Below the pieces are notes generated by a model that had not been told where the DNA came from, searched no databases, and saw only the letters and a program-made list of their open reading frames with translations. Below, one piece after another: positions 48,149-56,796 of a DNA stretch of 56,796 nucleotides. This DNA is from an uncultured Deferribacteres bacterium (GTDB lineage: Bacteria; Zhuqueibacterota; Zhuqueibacteria; Zhuqueibacterales; Geothermadaptataceae), in the NCBI GenBank assembly GCA_964014485.1, contig CAXHAT010000020.1:1-56796 (forward strand). The letters are read 5' to 3'. Within the stretch, counting starts at the first letter, position 1. Each line of letters begins with the position of its first letter. A program made the translations under genes and the position numbers.

Positions 48149-48763
48149 ATGAGTGAAATTTGCTGCAATAACGAACAGTATAGAATTACCAACACCACGG
48201 TCAAAGAGAGGTGGCCCTTGCCGCCAAAACGAAAACAGCCGACGACGGCCTTCGGGGTGATTGCGGCAATAATCCAAATATTGGGGCTTTTGAATATCAT
48301 CGGAATCTTCTTCCGTTAGACTATGGGAAAAGTTATTCACATCCCAGTGCCGTATTGGAAGTTCATGAACAGAATAGTAAAGCTCATCGCTTTTCTGGCC
48401 GGATGTCAAGTTCTATGGATCTGGATCACGACCCCGGGTTCAGTTTCGCAAAGAACAGAGAGCACGTTTCAATGGATGTTTGGCGGGAACCGCATCGTTG
48501 TCGTCAACCAGGCAGACGTTCCGTCTACCAATGTCATTTACTTTAACAAACCGGCGATTCTGGTTGAGAGCAATATTTCAAAAGAAAGCGCAGCGGCGAC
48601 GATTCAACAGCTTCGCAAATATCGCATAAATGCAAAACTGAAGCAGTTTCAAAACGGATATGCCGTTTACGTAGATTCGGGACGGAACTACCGAGAGCTT
48701 CAGAAAATTCTAGGGCGGGTGAAAGCCAGAGGATTTCAGCGCGCCCGCATTATCCGAAATTAA
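48149..48763 (+). CDS. Membrane-anchored SPOR-like protein; ORF 48323..48763 with an in-frame upstream segment interrupted by TAG at 48317
   Basis: GGGAGG RBS before ATG 48149; same frame as 48323; C-terminal YAVYV..RVKARGFQRARII resembles SPOR. Confidence 0.55.
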
Positions 48764-48982
48764 CGGACAGAAAAGTCTCACAAGCCGAGCGTTTCTCGCG
48801 AACGGCCGTTTCAAGCTTTCCCACAACTCCCGCCGCATTCACAATTATCCAACGAATAATTTTCAAATACCGATTGTTGCGATAGATATTGCAACACGCC
48901 TGGAACATCTTTGAGAATCCGACATTCAAAAAAAAGTTCGCGCCTGGCTGTAGTTTGTTACACACTCGAGGATAATTTAAAC

Positions 48983-50086
48983 ATGAAAAAACGATACATT
49001 TTTTTTCTTTTAACGGTCTCCTTGTTTTCAATCGGGTGTAATGATTCGCCGACCTCGCCGCCCGTCCCCGACTTACAATTACCCCTCGATCTTTCGCAAG
49101 AATGGCAAACCGCGCCTCCTGAAACACAAAATATTGATAAAAACAAACTTGAGAATGCCCTGAAAGCAGCAGAAAATCTTGCCAACATTCAAAGCCTGCT
49201 CATCGTCCGCAACGGCTACCTTGTTTCAGAAAACTATTTCAACGGCAATACGGCCAACAGTCTGAATCATGTGCGATCCGTCACCAAAAGCGTCATTTCC
49301 GCGCTGGTTGGCATTGCGATTCGTGAAGGAGTTATTCAGGATAGAGAACAGCCGATTTCGAACTTTATGCCAGGTGAAGCGAGTGTACTCGGCGGCGAAA
49401 AGGCGGATATCAAAATCAAGCACCTGCTGACCATGACCAGCGGTTTTGAATGGGATGAATCCGGCGGGGGAGAATACAGCGCCTGGGCCGGCTCCGGCGA
49501 TCACATTAACTATGTGCTCGACAAAGACCTGTCAGCGCCGCCTGGCGGGATATTTAATTATAATTCCGGCGCCGTTCACCTCCTGTCCGTTATTCTCACT
49601 GAAGCTTCCGGCATGTCGACGCAGGAATTTCTCGATGAGCATTTGTTTGCTCCCCTTGGCGTTTCGAACAATGATTGGGAGCAGGATTCGCGGTCGTACT
49701 TTAACGGCGGAGCGGGACTGCAACTTCGCCCGCGAGATATGGCGAAATTTGGGTTTTTATTTATGCAGAACGGGACGTCCGGCGAGAAATCCATCGTTCC
49801 AAAAGCGTGGGTTGATGAATCACAATCCAACCTCGTCAACGGGACCGCGACTTTCGGGTCAATTCAAAATTTGAGCTACGGCTTGCTTTGGTGGGTGGGA
49901 AATGCGGCCGGACATGACGTTTATTTTGCCTGGGGATACGGCGGGCAGTTTATCTTTAACGTTCCTGCTCTCAATACGACAATCGTCGCGACCTCGCTTT
50001 TTCGCTTGGCGCAAGCTGACGCCAGCGCGCAGGAAAGAGCCTTGCTCAGCCTCATTGGCACGCAAATCCTGCCGGCGTTTGAATAG
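48983..50086 (+). CDS. Serine hydrolase (beta-lactamase/AmpC-like) lipoprotein
   Basis: ATG at 48983; SIGC lipobox; SVTK, HLLTMTSG, YNS, AWGYGGQ. Confidence 0.9.
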   Translation: MKKRYIFFLLTVSLFSIGCNDSPTSPPVPDLQLPLDLSQEWQTAPPETQNIDKNKLENALKAAENLANIQSLLIVRNGYLVSENYFNGNTANSLNHVRSVTKSVISALVGIAIREGVIQDREQPISNFMPGEASVLGGEKADIKIKHLLTMTSGFEWDESGGGEYSAWAGSGDHINYVLDKDLSAPPGGIFNYNSGAVHLLSVILTEASGMSTQEFLDEHLFAPLGVSNNDWEQDSRSYFNGGAGLQLRPRDMAKFGFLFMQNGTSGEKSIVPKAWVDESQSNLVNGTATFGSIQNLSYGLLWWVGNAAGHDVYFAWGYGGQFIFNVPALNTTIVATSLFRLAQADASAQERALLSLIGTQILPAFE

Positions 50087-50109
50087 CTGTGAGAAGAAAA
50101 TGAATAACG

Positions 50110-50143
50110 AAATACCGCGTACTTATTGGGTACGCGGCATTTC
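50110..50143. terminator. Hairpin between convergent genes
   Basis: GAAATACCGCGTAC-ttattgg-GTACGCGGCATTTC. Confidence 0.6.
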
Positions 50144-50151
50144 AAGAATCG

Positions 50152-53100
50152 CTACTTGACGAACGTCATCTTACGACTCAAAACCGTTCCGGCGTTGCTT
50201 CCGGTGACGGTCTCCAGCCGATAAATGTAAAGCCCGCTGCCGACCAATTGATCGCGCACGTCCCTGCCGTTCCAGGTAACGTTGTGCGCACCCGCCGCTT
50301 TTTCGCCTTTGAACAGCGTTTTCACCAATTGACCCTGCAAATTGTAAATCGTGAGTTGAATTTCCGCTCGTTCGGGCAAAGCGTAGCTAATCCGGGTTTG
50401 CGGGTTAAACGGATTCGGGTAGTTCTGCATCAGCGCAAACGTTTCCGGCGCGATTTCTTCGTCATCAACGCTCACTGGCGTACGTACCAGCATCGTCAAT
50501 CCCAATTGTTGCCCCCCGCCGTTGCTGGTGATGCTTACCTGCCCCGTGTAAGTGTTTTCAGCGAGGCTGCTCGCGTCCAGCGTGACGGTAATTTCTTGCG
50601 AACCGCCTGCGGGAACGGAGCCTGCGCTTGGCGTAACGGTCAAAAGCTGGGGCCCGGCGGGGTTCACCGTAATTTGTCCGGAAGTTTGGGCGCTGCCGCC
50701 GCGATCGTCGGTCACGGTCAACGAATAATTGAACGTTCCCGTCGAAGCATAAGCGTGGTTGGCGACCTGCTGATTGCTCGTGTTGCCGTCGCCGAAATTC
50801 CAATTGTAAGTCACGATCTGGCCGTCAGGATCGCTGGAGCCTGAGCCGTCAAACGTAACCGTTTCTCCCGCTGTGGCCGGATTGGGCGAAACGTTTGCAC
50901 TTGCGACCGGCGGCTGGTTGTCCGCCTGGGTGATCGAAACTTGCCCGGAAGCCTGTGAAGAAGCGCCGTCGTCATCCGTCACGGTCAAGACCACGTCAAA
51001 TGTGCCCGGCGACGCGTAGCTGTGCGTGGCGACCGTCAGCGCACTGGAATTGCCGTCGCCGAAATTCCAATTGTAAGTCACGATCTGGCCGTCGGGATCG
51101 GAAGAAGTGGATGCATCAAAAGTAATGGTTTCGCCGACCTGTGCGTTCAGTGTTGAGATCGTCCCCGAAGCCACGGGCGGTTCATTACTTCCGCCGGAGA
51201 GCGTCCCCATGGCGCGAATCAAAAACGCCGCATTTTCAAAACCGCTTTGCGTGTTTAAATTGACATAGTCGAAGGCGTCCCAATCGAAGAAAAAGCTGTT
51301 GTTCGGGACGGCGGCGCTTTGGTCGGTTCCGGCGGGAAAAACAATGTCTCCGCTTGCGCCGATCTCGATTTGAAAAGACGCTCCCGCGCTAAAGTTGAGC
51401 GGCGGATTAAAATTAATCGTGTACCACTGCCCGTCCGTGGAAAGCTCCAAGTCGACCGTCCCGCTCACAAGCGTATTAAAGTCTGCATCAAAGACGGCTA
51501 CGTCGACCGGATTTGTCGTTGCGGATTCTGTCCGTAGATAAACCTGAACGGCTTCGAGTGAAAAATCCTGCTGCGCCACTGTGAAAAAGTTGAGCCAGAA
51601 AAAACTCAGGTTGTCGTTGACGCCGACAAAAGTATCCGGCGTCTCATTGCCGTCGTCCAGCGTAATAACGTCTGTACCGGAACTCAGGGTTTGCCGGTTG
51701 GGCATGTCGTTCTCATCAAAACCCAAACTGTTTTTTCGCTCCGCCAATCGTCGCATCGCTTCCAGCTTTTTGGGGTGCGGCGCTTTTTGATTCGATTTTG
51801 AAAGCTTGGGAATAGAATTCGATGGAAAATTTCCGGAAGCGGTCACGTCAAAATTCAGCGGAGCCGAGCCTGGGTTGGACATGGTGAAAGTCGTTGCGCC
51901 GCTTTCGCCAGGCTTGGCTTCGATTTGCAGCTCGGTCGCGTCCACGGCCAGTTGCGCCGCGCCGACGGCAACGTTTGCGCTATAAACGCCGCGTCCGTGG
52001 GTGCCCGCCGCAACGAGACCGTCGCCCTTGCGCGAAACGACCATGTCAACGACGACGTTACCGATGGTCGAAGCGCCTTCCTGCGTCCAATTGGTCGATT
52101 CTCCGTTTATCGCACTCGTTGAAAAAAGCCCGACGCTGGTGCCGACGAAGTACATTGTATTAAAACCAGTAGGCAGAATGGAAGCCCAGCGCGTCGAAGG
52201 CCCGTCATCACCGCCGAGATTGCCTTCCACCGTCGTCCAGGACGCGCCTCCATCCGTCGAATGGTAGAGATTGACGATGCCGTAGTTGGCGAAAGTCACC
52301 AGGATCTCGTCGCCGTTATCAGGATTAATCCCAACCGAACTTGCTACAGAACCGCCGGGAACGCCGGGCGGCGTTATGTCGACCCCGGCGGGATTCGTCT
52401 CCGCATTATCGAGTCGAATCAATTTTGTATCAAATTGAAAATCAGTCGCGCCGAAATAAACGCGGTTCGCGGGAGTTGTCGCGACCGCCACCGTCGTCGC
52501 CACCATGCCGGGAATCGCGGAATTGCTCAAGGACGTCCAGTTGATTGAAGTGACGTCGCCGTTGCCAAGGGGGATTTCTTCCAGATTGCTGTTGCGCCAG
52601 ACGCCGTTGCTGACGCAAATATACATCACGCGGGAATCGTTCGGATCGAGCACAAACGGCGTGATAAAATTAAAATCATCGTCGCCGTTTGGGGTGCTCG
52701 GTTGCACTATCGTGCCCACGAGTTGCCCGTTATCGACTTCAATTCGCACGACGGTGCCGTTTTGCAAGGAAGTATAAACCGGCAGACCGCCTGGCGCCGC
52801 AGCCGAAAACCCGCCGTCGCCGCCGGTAAGATCGTTCCAGGGTGATTCAAAGACTGAGCTTTCCGTCACCCAGGAACCGTTGTCCTGCAAACCGCCGACG
52901 ATCAAATCGGAGCCGGGCAGCGGATCGATGGCGATAGCGTAGAATTGCGAGGTCAGGTAGCCGTTGTTGAGCGAAGTCCAGGTCTGCGGGTTTTCGAGGT
53001 TGTTGTTGGTAAACGAAAGCCCGCCGTCATGTCCGGAAATCATGGAATTGGGGGCGTCTGGATAAAAAGCGATGGAGTGCTGATCCGGGTGGTGATTTTC

Positions 53101-54444
53101 ATACAATCCAATGACGTCCGGCGCGAAATAACCGCCGTCAAAAGTAAAGGTTTGGCCGCCGTCAATGGAGCGATAAAGATTGGTGCCGCCGATCCAAATA
53201 ACATTCGGATCGTCCGGCTTAACCGAAACGATCAAGTCGTAGCCGCCCTGCGAATTAAACGGCCCGACGCGGCCCTCGAAATTCGGAATATTCGCTGTAA
53301 GATCAGTCCACGTACCGTTTGCTGCATCAAACCGGAAGAGTTGATGATCCGCCGGAGAAGCGCCGCTTCGCGTCGTCTGCGCGAGCATATAAACTGTATT
53401 CGCGTCCGATTGTGAAACGCCTAAAACCATGCGGTAGGGGTCGCCTGCCAGCGTCGGCGGGGAGACGTTCGACCAGTTAACGCCGAGATCGGTGGAACGA
53501 AAAACGCCGTAATTTTGCATTCCCGCGCCGTTTCGGCTCAACGTTGCGTAAACGGAACCATCAGGTGCAATAGCAACGTCAGTGATCGTGTTGTATGGCG
53601 GGTTCGACTCGCCGAGAAGTTCCTCCCAACTGGCCCCGCCATTGACCGACCGCATGATGCGTCCGTAAGTCGCGGCAAACACAACGCTGCCCTGCGGGTG
53701 AATGGCGACGTTCCAGATGCGGTCAAAAAATTTGTCGAAAACCGAGACCAAGTTGCCGCTTATCGTGCTCTCCAGCGGCGTCCAGGAGTCGCCGTTGTCG
53801 GTCGACTTGAAAATGCCGTAGCCAAGATAAGTCGTGTATGCGCCGCCCGCCGAGGCCCCGAGTTGCTCTCCCGTTCCAGCGTACCAAACGTTGGTTTGAT
53901 TGGGATCCTGCGCGATGGAGGTCACGCCGGAAATATCGTCCAAATCCGAACGTAATTGCCATGATGCGCCGTTGTCAGTTGAAAGAAAAATACCGCCTGA
54001 AACGCCCCCGGCAAGAATACGTTGGTTGGTCGTGCCGTTGAAATTGCGGTCGATTGCCAAAGCTCTGGTTCGCCCGCCCACATTGAAAGGCCCGCGCGGA
54101 TTCCAATCCGCGGCGTAAATCTGCCGGCCGCCCTTGGCCATGAGTTCTTCGCGATTCGGTAGATTTTCCGCAAACGCCAGTTCACGCCGACGCATGTTTT
54201 CCGGGATTTGCCGGGTTTCCGGGTTGCGCAATCTGCGCAGTTCATATTCCAGCCGAGCATTGCGATCTTCAGGGTTTTTCGGCGAAAATGACGAACGCGC
54301 TTGCGGCCAATAGCCGCCGCGCTCAAGCTCAAATACTGAAGTTTTTTCAGAAACAAAAGGCGCGTCAATCGTCTGCAGCCAAACTCCCCAGCTTCCGGCT
54401 GCGAGAATTAACGCAACGAGCATGGTTTGTCGAAATCTTTTCAT
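50152..54444 (-). CDS. Large secreted BNR/sortilin-like propeller protein with BACON-like and two PKD domains and a T9SS/FlgD-type C-terminal domain
   Basis: ATG at 54444 with GAGGAG RBS; GPFNVGGRTRAL; repeated SxDGGxSW Asp-boxes; GGLQDNG; THGRG; two WNFGDG; QNYPNPFNP. Confidence 0.88.
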   Translation of the reverse strand: MKRFRQTMLVALILAAGSWGVWLQTIDAPFVSEKTSVFELERGGYWPQARSSFSPKNPEDRNARLEYELRRLRNPETRQIPENMRRRELAFAENLPNREELMAKGGRQIYAADWNPRGPFNVGGRTRALAIDRNFNGTTNQRILAGGVSGGIFLSTDNGASWQLRSDLDDISGVTSIAQDPNQTNVWYAGTGEQLGASAGGAYTTYLGYGIFKSTDNGDSWTPLESTISGNLVSVFDKFFDRIWNVAIHPQGSVVFAATYGRIMRSVNGGASWEELLGESNPPYNTITDVAIAPDGSVYATLSRNGAGMQNYGVFRSTDLGVNWSNVSPPTLAGDPYRMVLGVSQSDANTVYMLAQTTRSGASPADHQLFRFDAANGTWTDLTANIPNFEGRVGPFNSQGGYDLIVSVKPDDPNVIWIGGTNLYRSIDGGQTFTFDGGYFAPDVIGLYENHHPDQHSIAFYPDAPNSMISGHDGGLSFTNNNLENPQTWTSLNNGYLTSQFYAIAIDPLPGSDLIVGGLQDNGSWVTESSVFESPWNDLTGGDGGFSAAAPGGLPVYTSLQNGTVVRIEVDNGQLVGTIVQPSTPNGDDDFNFITPFVLDPNDSRVMYICVSNGVWRNSNLEEIPLGNGDVTSINWTSLSNSAIPGMVATTVAVATTPANRVYFGATDFQFDTKLIRLDNAETNPAGVDITPPGVPGGSVASSVGINPDNGDEILVTFANYGIVNLYHSTDGGASWTTVEGNLGGDDGPSTRWASILPTGFNTMYFVGTSVGLFSTSAINGESTNWTQEGASTIGNVVVDMVVSRKGDGLVAAGTHGRGVYSANVAVGAAQLAVDATELQIEAKPGESGATTFTMSNPGSAPLNFDVTASGNFPSNSIPKLSKSNQKAPHPKKLEAMRRLAERKNSLGFDENDMPNRQTLSSGTDVITLDDGNETPDTFVGVNDNLSFFWLNFFTVAQQDFSLEAVQVYLRTESATTNPVDVAVFDADFNTLVSGTVDLELSTDGQWYTINFNPPLNFSAGASFQIEIGASGDIVFPAGTDQSAAVPNNSFFFDWDAFDYVNLNTQSGFENAAFLIRAMGTLSGGSNEPPVASGTISTLNAQVGETITFDASTSSDPDGQIVTYNWNFGDGNSSALTVATHSYASPGTFDVVLTVTDDDGASSQASGQVSITQADNQPPVASANVSPNPATAGETVTFDGSGSSDPDGQIVTYNWNFGDGNTSNQQVANHAYASTGTFNYSLTVTDDRGGSAQTSGQITVNPAGPQLLTVTPSAGSVPAGGSQEITVTLDASSLAENTYTGQVSITSNGGGQQLGLTMLVRTPVSVDDEEIAPETFALMQNYPNPFNPQTRISYALPERAEIQLTIYNLQGQLVKTLFKGEKAAGAHNVTWNGRDVRDQLVGSGLYIYRLETVTGSNAGTVLSRKMTFVK

Positions 54445-54600
54445 CAAGAAGCTCCTCAATTTGGTGAATCCACTTTTTGAACTGGTTGGCACAAGCATTA
54501 AGACAAACAGAGTCTTGGTATGCCCCGCTTCAATTTGTTCTTATGGCAACGGCGATGGAAAATGGAAAACTTTTAGCGATGCAGTTATTTTGTAAAAGTC

Positions 54601-54715
54601 AGGAGTGCAAGGCTTGCCTTGCAAAATCGCCGAATTTTTTCCGAATCGTCCGCCTGATATTGGCGCCGTTTTTTTGACCTTCAGCCGGTAAAAGCAAAGC
54701 AAGCTTTGCACTCCT
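54601..54715. repeat. GGAGTGC REP-doublet element, third copy, inverted
   Basis: AGGAGTGCAAGGCTTGCCTTGC...GCAAAGCAAGCTTTGCACTCCT. Confidence 0.85.
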
Positions 54716-54944
54716 TGTTTTCTGCAATGAATCAATTTGGCTCCGCGCAAGCAATAGATGCGACTTTGTATTGAGGTTAAGCATCAATGCTTAGATAAAA
54801 TACGCCGCAAAAGCCGCTTTCTTCTCTTCATGGAAATACGACGTTGCGACTCAACCGGTTTTAATGCTCGGCGCACAACTCTTGCTTGCGATCATTGACG
54901 CTCTAAATTTTGGCCGTCGACCTGAACAATATGGAGCCGACGGC

Positions 54945-56749
54945 ATGAGAACGTCTTACCTTCTTTTTGTTTCCATCCTTTTAAATACACACGTTGCGCT
55001 CGCAAAACCTTCGCAAACCGTCGCGCAGGACACAACCACGGCGAACGCATTTTTCAAACAAGCTCTCGATTATCAAAAAGCGGCGAATTTCGATTCATCA
55101 ACTCTGTTTTTTGAAAAGGCGCTCGACCTTTATGTAACGGCGCGCATGACATCGAAAGTCGTGGAAGCGCATGCCGAAATCGGGCTGAATCTCTGGCGCA
55201 AAAGAGAATACGACGCAGCCAAAAATCGCTTGCAAACGGCGCTCGACCTCGCTGAAAAGGAATCGATCACCAACCAGATTCTCGTCGCGCAAACGCTGCA
55301 CTACATGGGGTTGACGCATTACTCCACCGGAAAATACAATGATGCAATCGGCTATTACGAAAAGTCCCTTGCCATCCGCCAAAAAGAGCTTGGCGAGCTG
55401 CATTACGACGTTTCACGCAGTTACAACAACATCGGCGCCAGCTACATGTACTTGGCGAATTTTCCAAAAGCGCTCGAATACATTAAAAAAGCGATGGAGA
55501 TTCGGCGCGAACTGCTCGGCGAAGACCACATCAACATTGCCTCAAGCTATAACAACATTTCTTTGATTTATCAAAACCTGGGCGACTTCGACCAGTCGCG
55601 CGCCTATCAGCAACGGGCGCTCGCCATCCGTGAAAAGGCGCTGCCGCCCGACCATCCGAGCTTGGCGCAAAGCTATCAAAATCTTGGCTACGCCGCCTAC
55701 CTGAACGGCGATTACGAGACGAGCATTGAACACAGTCAAAAGTCTCTGGAAATCTATTTGAAACATGAAGGCGAGAAGGGCCTGAACGTCGCCTCGCTTT
55801 TCCGCAATCTCAGCAACGCTTTCTGGCGCAAAGGTGAGCTCGGCGTTGCGCTTGACTATGTCAAACGTGCGCTGGCGATTCGGGAAGAAGTGCTTGGCCC
55901 GGAGCATCATCACACGGGGGTAGATTTTTTGAATCTGGGTAATATTTTGCTTTTTCTTGGGCGTGAAGATGAAGGTTTTGCCGCTTACTACAAAGCGCTG
56001 GATATTCTCAAAAAAGCGTTTGGGGAAAGGCACGCCGACGTGTCGCTGCAATACAACAATCTCGGCTATGTTTTGGCCAACAAAGGCAGATTTAAAGAAG
56101 CGGCTGATTACCACGAAAAAGCGCTCGATATTCGCCGCGAAGTATTTGGAGAAAAGCATCCGGACACAGGCCAGAGCTACGGCAATCTTGGGGATTTGTA
56201 TTCGATAATGGGGGAGTTTGGGAAGGCGCATGAATTCCTTGATAAATCCGCCGCCGTTTTCCAGCCGCTCTACGGCGAGCATCATCCTGAACTTGCGGAG
56301 CTTTATGAAGTTAAGGCGCGCACTTACCTGAAGCAAGAACAGTTTGATTCGGCGTTGCAATTCGTTCAAAAATCGATCAAGAGCGTCGTCTCGGATTACG
56401 ACATTGAGAATACGCACGCACAGCCCCGTTTAGACAATGTCTTGTCGCAGCCTGAGCTTTTTGACGCGCTAGCGACCAAAGCGGAAATCCTTTCGACGCT
56501 GGCGGAAAGCGGCCGTACGTCTGGGGAAAATTCGCAAACCGCTCTACAAGCTTATGAGCGGCTCGCAGCCTTGGTCGAACAAATGCGACGCGGCTACAAA
56601 ACCGAGGAAACGAGTCTGGTTTTGAGCGAAAAATCTCATGGTGTTTTTCAAAAAGCTTTTGATGTGGCGCTCCAGTTGGCCCCGGAAACAGGCGACGGCG
56701 GATTTTATAAAAAAGCCTGGTTCTTCGCCGAAAAAAGCAAGGCGGGCGT
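54945..56749 (+). CDS. Signal-peptide TPR protein, probable CHAT-domain protein, 3'-truncated and absent from the ORF track
   Basis: Translated by eye: MRTSYLLFVSILL...; about ten 42-aa TPRs (e.g. SYNNIG..ALEYIKKAMEIRRELLGEDH); ends KAWFFAEKSKAG at the adapter; GGAG RBS. Confidence 0.85.
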
Positions 56750-56796
56750 CTGTCTCTTATACACATCTGACGCTGCCGACGAGCTTCTTGGTGTAG
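56750..56796 (-). other. Sequencing adapter artefact (mosaic end, read-1 adapter, index, start of P5)
   Basis: CTGTCTCTTATACACATCTGACGCTGCCGACGA-GCTTCTTG-GTGTAG. Confidence 0.98.

Noticed and set aside
44371..48319. TAG reassignment or pyrrolysine suggested by two in-frame amber codons
   Set aside because: murG, dtd and dnaG end at TAG at their expected C-termini, and no pyl genes or suppressor tRNA are visible.
50783..51093. Diversity-generating retroelement TR/VR pair
   Set aside because: The repeat is short, both copies are coding PKD sequence, there is no adenine-specific mismatch pattern and no reverse transcriptase.
1..56796. Whole window as a Tn5-like transposon or linear replicon with terminal inverted repeats
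   Set aside because: The ends include the Illumina read-1 adapter, index and P5 sequence; this is a library artefact.

Overview
A 56.8 kb bacterial chromosomal contig. Both ends carry untrimmed Nextera/Tn5 library adapter with the same index (CAAGAAGC). Several proteins end in 'NYPNPFNP'-type secretion C-terminal domains, and there is a PorV/UPF0164-like barrel and two TonB-dependent receptors. This points to a non-Bacteroidota FCB-group organism such as KSB1 or Calditrichota (inference). Housekeeping genes (murG, mpl, rodZ-like, maf, dtd, a UbiA/DGGGPS-like prenyltransferase, dnaG, two rlpA-like genes) alternate with accessory DNA. The accessory DNA includes: (1) a ~19 kb co-oriented, SusD-less uptake-like locus with a TonB receptor, a 1187-aa secreted protein, a PorV-like barrel and a six-CBM20-like-domain protein; (2) a solo integron gene cassette (GNAT plus attC) inside that locus; (3) four toxin-antitoxin-like pairs, two with broken toxins; (4) an ECF sigma/TPR anti-sigma pair and a truncated TPR(-CHAT-type) gene that the ORF track missed; (5) a histidine kinase with almost no sensor domain; (6) many non-autonomous repeats, including MITE shells with target-site duplications that carry REP-like hairpin cores. 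I found no CRISPR array, rRNA, tRNA, transposase or integrase. All family calls come from motif recognition by eye; no database search was run.
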